From Ostreococcus lucimarinus (taxonomy: Eukaryota), in NCBI GenBank assembly GCA_000092065.1, contig CP000583.1: a DNA stretch of 64,000 nucleotides, one strand, 5' to 3'. This document shows, piece by piece, positions 31,304-40,727 of the stretch. The position numbers and the translations under genes were made by a program. Positions within the stretch are counted from its first letter, which is position 1, and each line of letters starts with the position of its first letter. A model generated the notes under the pieces. It had not been told where the DNA came from. It was given only the letters and a program-made list of their open reading frames with translations, and did no database searches.

Positions 31304-31786
31304 ATGCTGCGCGCGGTGCGTCGAGCCGCGCGGTCGGCGGCGTCGCGCGCGAACGCGGAGGCGCTGACGACGCGAGCGATGGCGATCGCGCGCGGCGAAG
31401 ACGCGACGCGAACGGTGACGGTGGCGCGGACGGTGACGCGCGCGCACGCGACGACGGCGCCGACGATTCCGTCTAAACCGAGCCAGCCGGTGCAGACGAA
31501 ACGGCCGGGGAAGCTGCCGAGCGACGCGGCGCACACGGCGAAGTGGCTGGATTCGAGCGCGAAGCCGAGCCCGATGGAGTACAGCGCGAGCGCGGAACCG
31601 GTGGGGGTGCCGGGAGATAAGGTGAGCTGTGATTCCCCGGGGGCGTGTAAGGATCGGTTTGGTGACGCCACGGGGGGGCTGGGGGCGCCGAATACGTACT
31701 ATAAGTTGAACGATACCTCGCCCGAGTCGCCGGCGAAGTGCAAGTATTGCGGGCTGCGCTTCTACTCGCTCGGCGGACATCACTGA
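31304..31786 (+). CDS. NDUFS6: NADH dehydrogenase (ubiquinone) Fe-S protein 6, NDUFS6 (complex I 13-kDa zinc-finger subunit).
   Basis: The C-terminus VSCDSPGACKDRFGDATGGLGAPNTYYKLNDTSPESPAKCKYCGLRFYSLGGHH matches the NDUFS6 zf-CHCC domain, and the N-terminus is presequence-like. ATG at 31304. Divergent from the NUDIX gene, with a 154-bp spacer. Confidence 0.7.
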   Translation: MLRAVRRAARSAASRANAEALTTRAMAIARGEDATRTVTVARTVTRAHATTAPTIPSKPSQPVQTKRPGKLPSDAAHTAKWLDSSAKPSPMEYSASAEPVGVPGDKVSCDSPGACKDRFGDATGGLGAPNTYYKLNDTSPESPAKCKYCGLRFYSLGGHH

Positions 31787-31845
31787 CGCGGCGACGCGGC
31801 GGTACTTTTGGTCGGTACTTTTGTAACAAAAGAACAGAATGTAGT

Positions 31846-31907
31846 CAATGTCGTCGTATCGATCGTGTCATCGCGTCAATGTCGTCGTATCGATCGTGTC
31901 ATCGCGT
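31846..31907. repeat. Perfect tandem duplication, 2 x 31 bp (CAATGTCGTCGTATCGATCGTGTCATCGCGT), spanning the stop codon and last codons of the acetyl-CoA synthetase gene.
   Basis: Direct reading; copy 2 (31877-31907) contains the ACS stop (forward tca at 31899-31901). Confidence 0.85.
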
Positions 31908-34106
31908 TCCGCGCGCGTGTCTCTCGGCTTTGATGATCTCGTCTACGACCCCCGGGTCGGCCAACGCGGAGACGTCGCCGAAATCGTCGACGTCGCCGGC
32001 GGCGATTTTCTTCAAAATTCTTCGCATGATCTTTCCGCTTCGAGTCTTCGGCAAATCTTTCACGATGACGACGCGTTCTGGCGCCGCGAAGGGGCCGATT
32101 TCCATGCGAACGTTCGTGATGAGTTCTCGTTGATGGATTTCGAGCGACGACCGTTTCTCGATGCTTCGAGACGGATCTAAGATGACGTAAGCGACGATGG
32201 ATTCGCCCTTGACTTCGTGCGCGATTGAAACCACGGCGGCTTCGATGCAACTCGAGTGCTGCACTAATGCAGACTCAACCTCGGCGGTCCCGATGCGATG
32301 ACCACTGACGTTCATGACGTCGTCCAAGCGACCCGTGATGAAGAGGTATCCATCGGAATCGCGTCGCGCGCCATCGCCCGAGAAGTAGTAACCACCCTCG
32401 TACACCTTGAAGTAAGAATTTTCGTACCGCTCGTGCGCGCCGTGAACGTCGAGAAACATCCCCGGCCATGGTTCTTTGATGCACAAGCATCCTTCGCCCT
32501 CGCCTTGAATTTCAGTTCCATCTTTCGGATCAAGCAGCACGGGAACGATTCCAAAAAACGGAAAAGTCGCGCTCGAAGCCTTCAAGGGTGTCGCACCGGG
32601 TAACGGTGTGATGATATGACCGCCCGTTTCTGTCTGCCACCACGTGTCACAAATCGGGAGTTTATCGTCGCCGACGACGCTGTGGTACCACAGCCACGTC
32701 TCGCTCGAAATCGGCTCGCCGACAGTTCCAAGGATTCGCAAAGAAGCGCGCGAACTTCGCTTGACAGGATCCTCACCGTAACCTTGCAACGTGCGCAACG
32801 CCGTCGGCGAAGTGTAGAAGACAGTAACGTCGTATTTGTCCACAGTTTGCCACCACACACCTGCATCTGGATACGTAGGCACGCCTTCGAAGAGCACAGT
32901 CGCGCATCCATTCAACAGCGGTCCGTACAAGCCGTATGAATGCCCCGTGATCCATCCTAGGTCGGCGGTGCAGAACAAAACGTCCTCTCCGGCATGTAGA
33001 TCGAAGACGAACTTGCTGGTGGCGTACACGTACGTCTGATAACCGCCGACGCTGTGTACGACGCCTTTGGGTTTACCAGTCGAACCAGACGTGTAGAGAA
33101 TGAACGCCGTGTCGCAACTGTCCAGAAATTCAATAGGTGCTGGCTTTCCATCCGTCCTAAACTCGGCGACACTCTCGTTCCACCACAAATCCCGATCCGA
33201 ATGAAAAGGTACGTCTTCGACGTGCGGAACGCCTTCGATCTCAATGTCAGCGTTATGCTTCACGACAACTTTGTTTACGCAAAACCCATCGCTCTTGCAA
33301 ATCTCCATTGCTTCGTCCACGATTTTCTTCAGCGGAATGATCTTTTCGGCGCGACGGGACGCGCTCGCGGTGATGACCATTTTGGCTTTGCAATCGTGAA
33401 CGCGCTGCGCGAGAGATTTCGCGCTGTACCCGGCAAACACAACGCTGTGCACTGCGCCGATTCGCGAGCACGCGAGCATGGCGATCGGTAACGCTGGAAT
33501 CATCGGCAAGTACATGACCACGCGATCGCCCTTCTGCACGCCGTGCGCTATCAAAAATTTTGCGAAAGTCTCCACCTCGACGAGCAACTCACGGAACGTA
33601 AATTCCGTGCAATTAATCTCATCATTCGCTTCGAAAATCAAGGCTCGTTTGTCACCCATACCATTTTCAATTTGTTTTTCGAGGCAGTTGTACGCCATGT
33701 TCGTCCTCGCGCCCTCGAACCATTTCACGTGAACGGGCCCCCGAGACGGGTCAAAGTTGTGCGTCGACGCGCTCGAGTCCAAATTTTCAAAGTACAGTTC
33801 GCCCGCGATCTCGGTCCAGAACTGATCACGCTCGTGAATTGAGCGATGATACATGCTCCGGTACTGTTCGATCGTGCGCACGTGCGCGCGCGATGCGAGC
33901 TCGATCGGTGGAAAGAACACATCTGACGCCTCCTCCACTTCTCTGAGGCGGTGCGCGTTGTTCTGTATGTCAATGGAACTACTGCGCGAATTCGGCGAGC
34001 CTGGTGGATCCGATGTAGCGGTTATGGCGACTGATTTACGACGTGATCGAGAGTTTCGCTTCGGGGCGAAGTGCGTTGGCACGTGGCGCGAAGTTGCCGA
34101 GCGCAT
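31899..34106 (-). CDS. ACS: Acetyl-CoA synthetase (AMP-forming).
   Basis: YTSGSTGKPKGVVH (AMP-binding motif), ...FWTEIAGE..., YFSGDGARRDSDGYLFITGRLDDVMNVSGHRIGTAEVE and C-terminal VKDLPKTRSGKIMRRILKKIA are present. ATG verified at 34106. Confidence 0.9.
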   Translation of the reverse strand: MRSATSRHVPTHFAPKRNSRSRRKSVAITATSDPPGSPNSRSSSIDIQNNAHRLREVEEASDVFFPPIELASRAHVRTIEQYRSMYHRSIHERDQFWTEIAGELYFENLDSSASTHNFDPSRGPVHVKWFEGARTNMAYNCLEKQIENGMGDKRALIFEANDEINCTEFTFRELLVEVETFAKFLIAHGVQKGDRVVMYLPMIPALPIAMLACSRIGAVHSVVFAGYSAKSLAQRVHDCKAKMVITASASRRAEKIIPLKKIVDEAMEICKSDGFCVNKVVVKHNADIEIEGVPHVEDVPFHSDRDLWWNESVAEFRTDGKPAPIEFLDSCDTAFILYTSGSTGKPKGVVHSVGGYQTYVYATSKFVFDLHAGEDVLFCTADLGWITGHSYGLYGPLLNGCATVLFEGVPTYPDAGVWWQTVDKYDVTVFYTSPTALRTLQGYGEDPVKRSSRASLRILGTVGEPISSETWLWYHSVVGDDKLPICDTWWQTETGGHIITPLPGATPLKASSATFPFFGIVPVLLDPKDGTEIQGEGEGCLCIKEPWPGMFLDVHGAHERYENSYFKVYEGGYYFSGDGARRDSDGYLFITGRLDDVMNVSGHRIGTAEVESALVQHSSCIEAAVVSIAHEVKGESIVAYVILDPSRSIEKRSSLEIHQRELITNVRMEIGPFAAPERVVIVKDLPKTRSGKIMRRILKKIAAGDVDDFGDVSALADPGVVDEIIKAERHARGTR

Positions 34107-34163
34107 GCCGAGTTGTGACGTGCTTCGTCTCGGGATCGCAAACGCAATCGACAGGACGGCGTG

Positions 34164-36023
34164 TCATTGAAACAATGTCGACAAGTTTGTGACGTCGACG
34201 CGCATGTTCGGAGCTGGCTGCGCGGACGGAGAGCTGTTCGCATCGTCGGGTTTACGCTTCGCGTCGTCGGTCGACTCGTCTTGTTTCGGCTTTGCATCCT
34301 CCTTTGACTCGGCGACGATCGGCGCTACGATCGGCACGTAGCTGCTCGCGCTTTTCACGATTGACGAAAGCCATTCTTGATCTGGTTGCTTCATCGATGA
34401 CGATGACGATGACATAGATGACATAGACGATGATGGTCTTCGCTTTGAAGCGGGCGGTTTTCGGATCGGTTTCTTCGGCGGCGTTTTCGGCGTGTCAATC
34501 TCGCTCGCCACTTCTTCATTCAGAGCAACTTGCGCGAGGGACATGTCGTGGATGACAGACTGCGGTACGCCAGTGTAATTTTCCAACGTAGGCGGAGCCG
34601 CGAGCATGGTTTTCAAGTTTTCAAGCTCTTCGATACCAGTCTGCAAATCAGGACGAGTCAACCAGAAGAATTTTTCTTGACGTGCGACGCCCACACCGAG
34701 TACAAGAGCAAAAGCCCGCTGCGAACGGTCGTTCGGTAATGGATACTTGATCACGGGCATTCCTAACGCGCGCGCGTTTTCTATTGCATCAGTATCACCA
34801 GATCGCGTCGCGCGACAGAACACTTCAGCTCGGTGTCTCGTGATACGTTGCACGATCTGTTCTGATCGTGGACGCTGACGCGAGTACATGAGTACCAAGT
34901 CATCATTCGCTGGCGTAAGCCAAAACTCGAGTGCACTTTGCGTGAAACGCGTAGATACATCGTGTTTAAGTGTACACGGTCCCGATAATCGTCCCGACCT
35001 TCCGTAGCATGGTAAAAGAATTCCGCATCGTACAGCGGCGATGGGCTCGTCGAGCGCTTTGGCGACGCTCTGAATATCGTCAATTGTCAGAACGATTTCC
35101 CGACTCGTCGTGACCATTTTATACTTCGTACTAGTATTGCTCGTCTCGTCATTTCGCTTCTGTAAGTGCTTCACCTTGATGCTCATTCCGATACTCGTCA
35201 TGCTCGAAGCCTCGACGCGCTTGAGTTCGGCTTCGGACGCCCCGGCAAATTCTGCGTGCTGATCACGACATCCCGCGAAGTGCGCGATTATCGGGACGTT
35301 TTCTGCCGTGGAAGTAGACGCTAAAGATTCGTCGTCCATGTCACTGTCGTCGATACGAAGCATTCCAATGTCGATCAAGTCATCAGGAATCGAAAAGTTG
35401 GCATTCAGCCCGACGCTTACGCCGCACTCGTAACAGCATCCAAGAGAAGGGGTCAAGCATTCTCCGCTATCGACTGGACAACATCGACAGAGCGTACGAA
35501 TCACACTCGCCTCGGCCGCGCTCGCGTTCGCGCTAAAGCTCCGAATGAAGTGAATCTTGACTTTGTTCTTGTGCGCCGTTTCTAGAATCGCCGCAGCTTC
35601 GTCGTGGGTCATCTCCAACGCCTCGTCCGCCAAAACGACACAGTGCTTGTTGTCCTTATCGCCTCGATAACTCTTCAAAGCTAAGATGGCGTACCTCAAC
35701 GCCGATCCAACGAATCCCGCGTTGTGCGAACCTGGCTCTCTCAATTTTCGCACGTCGCGCTCCAACGCCGACCACCACGCGTCGTTAAACTCCGTCGTCA
35801 TCGAACGCACCGCGCATCCTCTCGACTTCCCGCGGCCTACGCTCCCATCTATGATTATCGCACCGCACGCGCGCGCGCGCTCACCGCGGCAAATCGCCTT
35901 CGCCGTCGAAACGAAACGATCCTCCGCGGCGTTTGTCTCTACATCTTCCACCGCCTCTCCCGCAGCCGTGCGCGCGAACACGAACGCCACCGCGGGTTCG
36001 CGCGCGACGTCCTCGACGAACAT
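34164..36023 (-). CDS. Hypothetical 619-aa protein with a possible vWA-like N-terminal region and a Cys cluster (CRCCPVDSGECLTPSLGCCYEC); function unassigned.
   Basis: Long ORF of normal composition with ATG verified at 36023. It is divergent from the PPR gene (142-bp spacer). I recognise no confident family. Confidence 0.4.
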   Translation of the reverse strand: MFVEDVAREPAVAFVFARTAAGEAVEDVETNAAEDRFVSTAKAICRGERARACGAIIIDGSVGRGKSRGCAVRSMTTEFNDAWWSALERDVRKLREPGSHNAGFVGSALRYAILALKSYRGDKDNKHCVVLADEALEMTHDEAAAILETAHKNKVKIHFIRSFSANASAAEASVIRTLCRCCPVDSGECLTPSLGCCYECGVSVGLNANFSIPDDLIDIGMLRIDDSDMDDESLASTSTAENVPIIAHFAGCRDQHAEFAGASEAELKRVEASSMTSIGMSIKVKHLQKRNDETSNTSTKYKMVTTSREIVLTIDDIQSVAKALDEPIAAVRCGILLPCYGRSGRLSGPCTLKHDVSTRFTQSALEFWLTPANDDLVLMYSRQRPRSEQIVQRITRHRAEVFCRATRSGDTDAIENARALGMPVIKYPLPNDRSQRAFALVLGVGVARQEKFFWLTRPDLQTGIEELENLKTMLAAPPTLENYTGVPQSVIHDMSLAQVALNEEVASEIDTPKTPPKKPIRKPPASKRRPSSSMSSMSSSSSSMKQPDQEWLSSIVKSASSYVPIVAPIVAESKEDAKPKQDESTDDAKRKPDDANSSPSAQPAPNMRVDVTNLSTLFQ

Positions 36024-36164
36024 ATTTTTCTATACCGATACGCTCGCCGACGCGCGACGTCGCTCGAGCGACACCGCTGGGGCGTCGCGCTCTGCATTTC
36101 GTGCGAGCGTTTTTTTTCGCCTCGTGACCTGAACCTTCAACCTTCAGTGCGCGACTCTCGCGCG

Positions 36165-38499
36165 ATGTTTCGCGCGGTCGCGCGCGCCTGCGCCCGGGCG
36201 CGATCGCGCGCGGACGCGCAAACGTGCGGTCGAACGCGCGCGCGCGACGAGTCGGCGGTGTGGACGTCGGTGCGCGCGACGACGCCGAGGTGTTGGCTCG
36301 GGACAAAGGTTGAACTCGCCGAAGACGACGGGACGAGCGCGAGCGCGAGAGAGGACAGCGCGAGAGAGCAGACGCTGCGCCGACGGCACGTGGCGAGCAT
36401 GCGACGCGCGCTTCGCGCGAATGATTTTGAGGGCGTGCGGAGAGAGTTTGAGGCGCTCGCGGCGTCGACGACGAAACCGGGACGCGCGGCGTGGAACGTA
36501 AACGTGCTCGCGGCGGCGCGAGCGCGAGAGCCCGAGGCGGCGCTGTCGATCGTCGAGTCAATGCTCGCGGATAATATCGGACCGGATGTGAGCACGCACA
36601 CGGCGGTGATGCAGGCTTACGTGCGCGCGGGACGATACGGGGACGCGTTTAACTGGTTGAAGATGCACCTGTACGGCGTACCGAAGGACGTTGAACAAGG
36701 CTTTGATGGCGAAGATAACGTAGAAATGGACACGAGGTATGATCTATCACATGTGATTGGGGACATGATCGATGGCGATGAGGAACACGTGTCGAAGACG
36801 CGCGTGAATAGCATGATGTTTACAACCGTGATGAACGGCGCGGCAAAGGCGGGCGACCGAGCAACGGTGCAAGAAATCGAGACGATGATGTTTGAGTTCG
36901 ATGTGGCACCTTTAGCAGATACGTTACACTGTTTGCTCAAGCTCGAGCGCGTCGCGGGGACGAGTGCATCGGTGGAATCTGTGTGGGATCGTTCCAAGCT
37001 CAAAGCGCGCGCGTTGAAAGCACATCAAGAACGCGTCGTCGCTCACGCGTTTCTGGGTCGCCAAAGAACGCAGCGCGCCGCCGAATCGCGTGCGCTCGCA
37101 GTGAAAGCATTAGAAGATCTGTACGATCGCGTGGGTCGGAAGCGCTCGGACGAAGACTTTGCGAAGCTGGAGAAGAACAATCATTCAGGGTCGAGATATG
37201 CTCGCTGGACCGGCGAACGTGGTTTAGAAGAGTACCGAAACAACTTGGTGAGCGACGACGATATCAAGAAAGTCGGAACGAAGGAAGTTTTAATAGCCAC
37301 GAACGCCGTGATGCTCGCGCATGCTGCGGTCGGTGACACGGACACAGTCAATACATGGTTTGTTCGAATGGAAGAGGATTTGGGCATCAACGCAGACGTG
37401 CGAACGTTCAACGCAGTACTACGCGCCGAATACATGCGAGATAAGATAAAGCTCGGTGTCGTGGATCATGAGCAAGCAATGATGCGATTTCAAGAAGTGA
37501 TGCTTGCGATGGAAGATCGAGAAGTCGAGCCGACGACGTACACGTTTTCGACACTTCTCTTGGCGCACGCAGAACAAAGCCACTTACCCGGTGTCGCAGA
37601 GGTTTTGAAGCTCATGCAAGAGCGAGGACTCGCGCTTGATACTACGATGTACAATATTTTATTGGGTGCTTGCGCGCGAGCGGGTGATTTAGACGCTGCG
37701 CTCAACGCGCGGGCAAGCATGGTCAAGTCTGGCATTGCCGCCGGCCCAGACACGTTCGTGCCGCTCTTCGCCGCGTGCACGAAACAGGCGGAGGAACTGG
37801 ACTTGGACGGTGATATGTTTGAATTAGATGAAGAAGTCGTTGGACCTCTGTTAGATCGCACACGAGCGACTTTAGATAGCGTGGAGTTGGATATGCTCTC
37901 AAGCAACGTCGAGCACAACACGCAGTCGTTCACGGCTTTGGTCAAAGCCAGAGGGGCTTTGGGTCAGCCAGACGCCGTGTTCGACATGATCAGCGAATTG
38001 CCAGAAAACATCGAACTCGACGAAGTCGCCATCGGCCTGAGTGTTTTGGCGGTTGCGAAGCGTGAACCAACCAAGGCTATTGCGCTCGCCGATTCCCTCA
38101 TGGACGAGTCGATGGTGCTGGATCCGTGGCTTCTCAACTGCATCATCACCGCTTACTCTCATCTCGGTCAAATCAAAGCAGCTACCGAGCGCGTGCAAGA
38201 CTTCATCAAGCGAGGCGGTGTGCCGACTGTCGCAACGTACAACGCGCTCTTCCGATGCGCCGCCCAGAGCGGCAGCTTTGCCGAATACGCCCCGCTCGTC
38301 ATGAACGAGATGTCATCGCGCGATCTCAAACCGGACAAGTACACTCGCAAATTTATCGCTGCTGTCACCGCCGGTTCATCCGTCCTCGATCGCGAGACGG
38401 CGGAAGCGCTTCTCAAAAAGTGTCCCGGCGGCGACAAGTTCTTCGTCGCCGAAGACGCCGCCGGACAGGACGACTTCGATTTCCTCGCCGACGCCGGCT

Positions 38500-38530
<31 letters not shown>

Positions 38531-38543
38531 TCTATTATTGTAA
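36165..38543 (+). CDS. Pentatricopeptide-repeat (PPR) protein with a C-terminal poly-Asp tail.
   Basis: Multiple 35-aa PPR units (VSTHTAVMQAYVRAGRYGDAFNWLKMH; TYTFSTLLLAHAEQSHLPGVAEVLKLMQERGLALDTTMYNILLGACARAGDLDAA...). ATG verified at 36165; the track ORF starts 147 codons upstream. Confidence 0.75.
38502..38531 (+). repeat. (GAC)10 trinucleotide repeat encoding the poly-Asp tail of the PPR protein.
   Basis: Direct reading gives ttcgacgacgac...gacgatcta. Confidence 0.9.
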
Positions 38544-38695
38544 TCTCCTTCTGCACACATCCCACGCAGTTCGCGCGTCCACCGCTCTTCGCTCTTCGCT
38601 CATCGCTCAAAGCGTCTCGACTCGCGCCGAGCGCGAGCGCGCGCCAACGAAAAACCCGAACCGCTTTTTCCCCACTCGCGCGCGCTGCCCTCGCG

Positions 38696-40597
38696 ATGCC
38701 CTCGACCGCGTCCGACGCGCGCGAGCGCCGCGCGCGCGCGAGCGCGATGTCCAGCGCATCGTCTCCGAAGCGCCGAAGCACGCTCACGCTGCCGAGGCGC
38801 GACGCCGTGACGCGAAACACGAACAAGCTGCAATTGCCCGGTTGGGTCTCCATGCCGAACTCTGCGCTCGCGTCCTGCCTCGCGGTGCTCGCGACGAACC
38901 CGATGGACCGCGCGAAAACGATCATGCAACTCCCGGGCGTCGGCGCGTCGTGGGGCAAGAACATGCGGGAGGTGACGATGAATATGGTGAAGAAGGAAGG
39001 CGCGCTGCGCGGGCTGTACAGAGGTTTACCCGTGGCGATGGTGCGAGAGTCGTCGAAGAATGTGTTTCGAATTGGGCTGTTCTTACCGGTGCTGAAGGTG
39101 ATACACACGGATGATGATAACCCAGCACCGGCGTGGAAACGGTTCATGGCGGGATGTCTGAGCGGGGGGATCGGGGCGGTGTCGAGTAATCCGTTTGATT
39201 TGATCAAGACGCGGATGCAAGTGCCGGCGGCGATGTGCGAATACGAAAATGGAATGGTGGCGTTGAAGAAGATTTGCGCCAAGGAGGGGTGGAAGACGTT
39301 ATATAAAGGTGTGGGCGCGAGTGTTATGAGGGACATGCTCGGCTCGAGCGTGAATTTGACCGTGCAGTCCATCGCAAGCGAGGCGCTCGTGAGGAATATG
39401 ATTTTATCGCCGGGTTCGCCCGTGCTCGGCGCGCTGAGCGGCGTTTTAAGCGCGGCGGCGTCGGTGGCGGTGATGCAGCCGATCGACACGTCGCGAGCGT
39501 ACGTGTATCTCAAGCCGCACATACACAAAGATACTATTAGAGCATTTAGGTACATAGTTTTGAGGGAAGGGCCGTTGGCGTTGTACAAAGGCTCGCGCGC
39601 ACACTTTTTCCGCACCGCGCCGCACTATGCGGCAATGTTTGCGCTACTGGAGATGATCACCGGCGGTGAACGGAAGGTTTTACTGTCAAGGAACAAGAAT
39701 GTACTGGAGAACGTGCATATGTTCGACGCTCTGTCCAAGGACAAAAGAATCCGACTGGCGAGCATGGTCCAAATGAAACACTTTAAAGCGGGTGAGCAAA
39801 TCATCGGCGCCGGCGACGAAACGCCTGGGGAGATGTACATCATGACTCGTGGATGCGTCAAGATTGACCAAGCGAATAAAAAGGGGAAGAAGGGGAAGAA
39901 TACGGAAGATCAAGGGAGCGACGTCATCCATAGTGGCGGTTACTTTGGCGAATCCTACATGTTCTCCTCTGAGGCGAGCAATGAGACGGTCACGGCCGTC
40001 AACGACGTGACGTTGATGGCTGTGCCACGAGAAGCCTACGAAACGTGTCGCAAGGGCGAATTTGCTTCTGCTACTCTCTTCGACGAAGGGTTCGATGACC
40101 CTTCGAAGGAAATCGGTATGGCTTGGCGTCGGCTTCGCTACGAACGCACGTTGGCAAAGATCCCTGTTTTCGCCGACCTCGGCTCCTACGAGCGTGCCAT
40201 GGTAGTTAAACAAGCCAAACGGTTCAGTTTTAAGCCCGGTGAGAAAATCATACGCCAAGGTGAAGTTGCGGACAAGTTTTACGTCATCCTTAAGGGTTCA
40301 GCCGTTTCCACTAAATCCGACGGCGACGTCGACCACGTCGCCCCGGGATCAAAAATCCCTCCCGACCGCATCATGCGCAACTTTAGCCAGGGTCAATACT
40401 TTGGCGAGCTCGCGCTGCTTACTGGCCAGCCTCGCTTAGCAACCATCGTGGCGAACGACTCCTTGGAAGTTCTCGCCATCGATCGCGACGTCTTGAAATC
40501 GTTGCGCGAAACATTGCCGACGCTTGAAGACGAGATCATTCGCAATCTTCGCAGATTCGACCACATGGATTCATTTACCACAATGTCTATAGCGTAG
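38696..40597 (+). CDS. Fusion protein: a complete mitochondrial carrier (SLC25) domain followed by two cyclic-nucleotide-binding (CNB/cNMP) domains.
   Basis: Carrier repeats end ...NPMDRAKTIMQL, ...NPFDLIKTRMQV and ...MQPIDTSRAYVYL, followed by the C-terminal FFRTAPHYAAMFALLE. Two CNB domains follow, with FKAGEQIIGAGDETPGEMYIM...GGYFGESYMF and FKPGEKIIRQGEVADKFYVILKG...GQYFGELALLTGQPRLATIVA. ATG verified at 38696. Confidence 0.8.
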   Translation: MPSTASDARERRARASAMSSASSPKRRSTLTLPRRDAVTRNTNKLQLPGWVSMPNSALASCLAVLATNPMDRAKTIMQLPGVGASWGKNMREVTMNMVKKEGALRGLYRGLPVAMVRESSKNVFRIGLFLPVLKVIHTDDDNPAPAWKRFMAGCLSGGIGAVSSNPFDLIKTRMQVPAAMCEYENGMVALKKICAKEGWKTLYKGVGASVMRDMLGSSVNLTVQSIASEALVRNMILSPGSPVLGALSGVLSAAASVAVMQPIDTSRAYVYLKPHIHKDTIRAFRYIVLREGPLALYKGSRAHFFRTAPHYAAMFALLEMITGGERKVLLSRNKNVLENVHMFDALSKDKRIRLASMVQMKHFKAGEQIIGAGDETPGEMYIMTRGCVKIDQANKKGKKGKNTEDQGSDVIHSGGYFGESYMFSSEASNETVTAVNDVTLMAVPREAYETCRKGEFASATLFDEGFDDPSKEIGMAWRRLRYERTLAKIPVFADLGSYERAMVVKQAKRFSFKPGEKIIRQGEVADKFYVILKGSAVSTKSDGDVDHVAPGSKIPPDRIMRNFSQGQYFGELALLTGQPRLATIVANDSLEVLAIDRDVLKSLRETLPTLEDEIIRNLRRFDHMDSFTTMSIA

Positions 40598-40727
40598 TTA
40601 CTCTTGTTATTTTAGCTTTTCATTCACGCGACGCCCGTCATCACCGGCCAAAATCGCGTCTTCGTCGCCGCTGGCGCGAACCCTCCGCCGCCGCTGGGAG
40701 CGCCGCACTCGTCGTCGCGCGTGCGCC

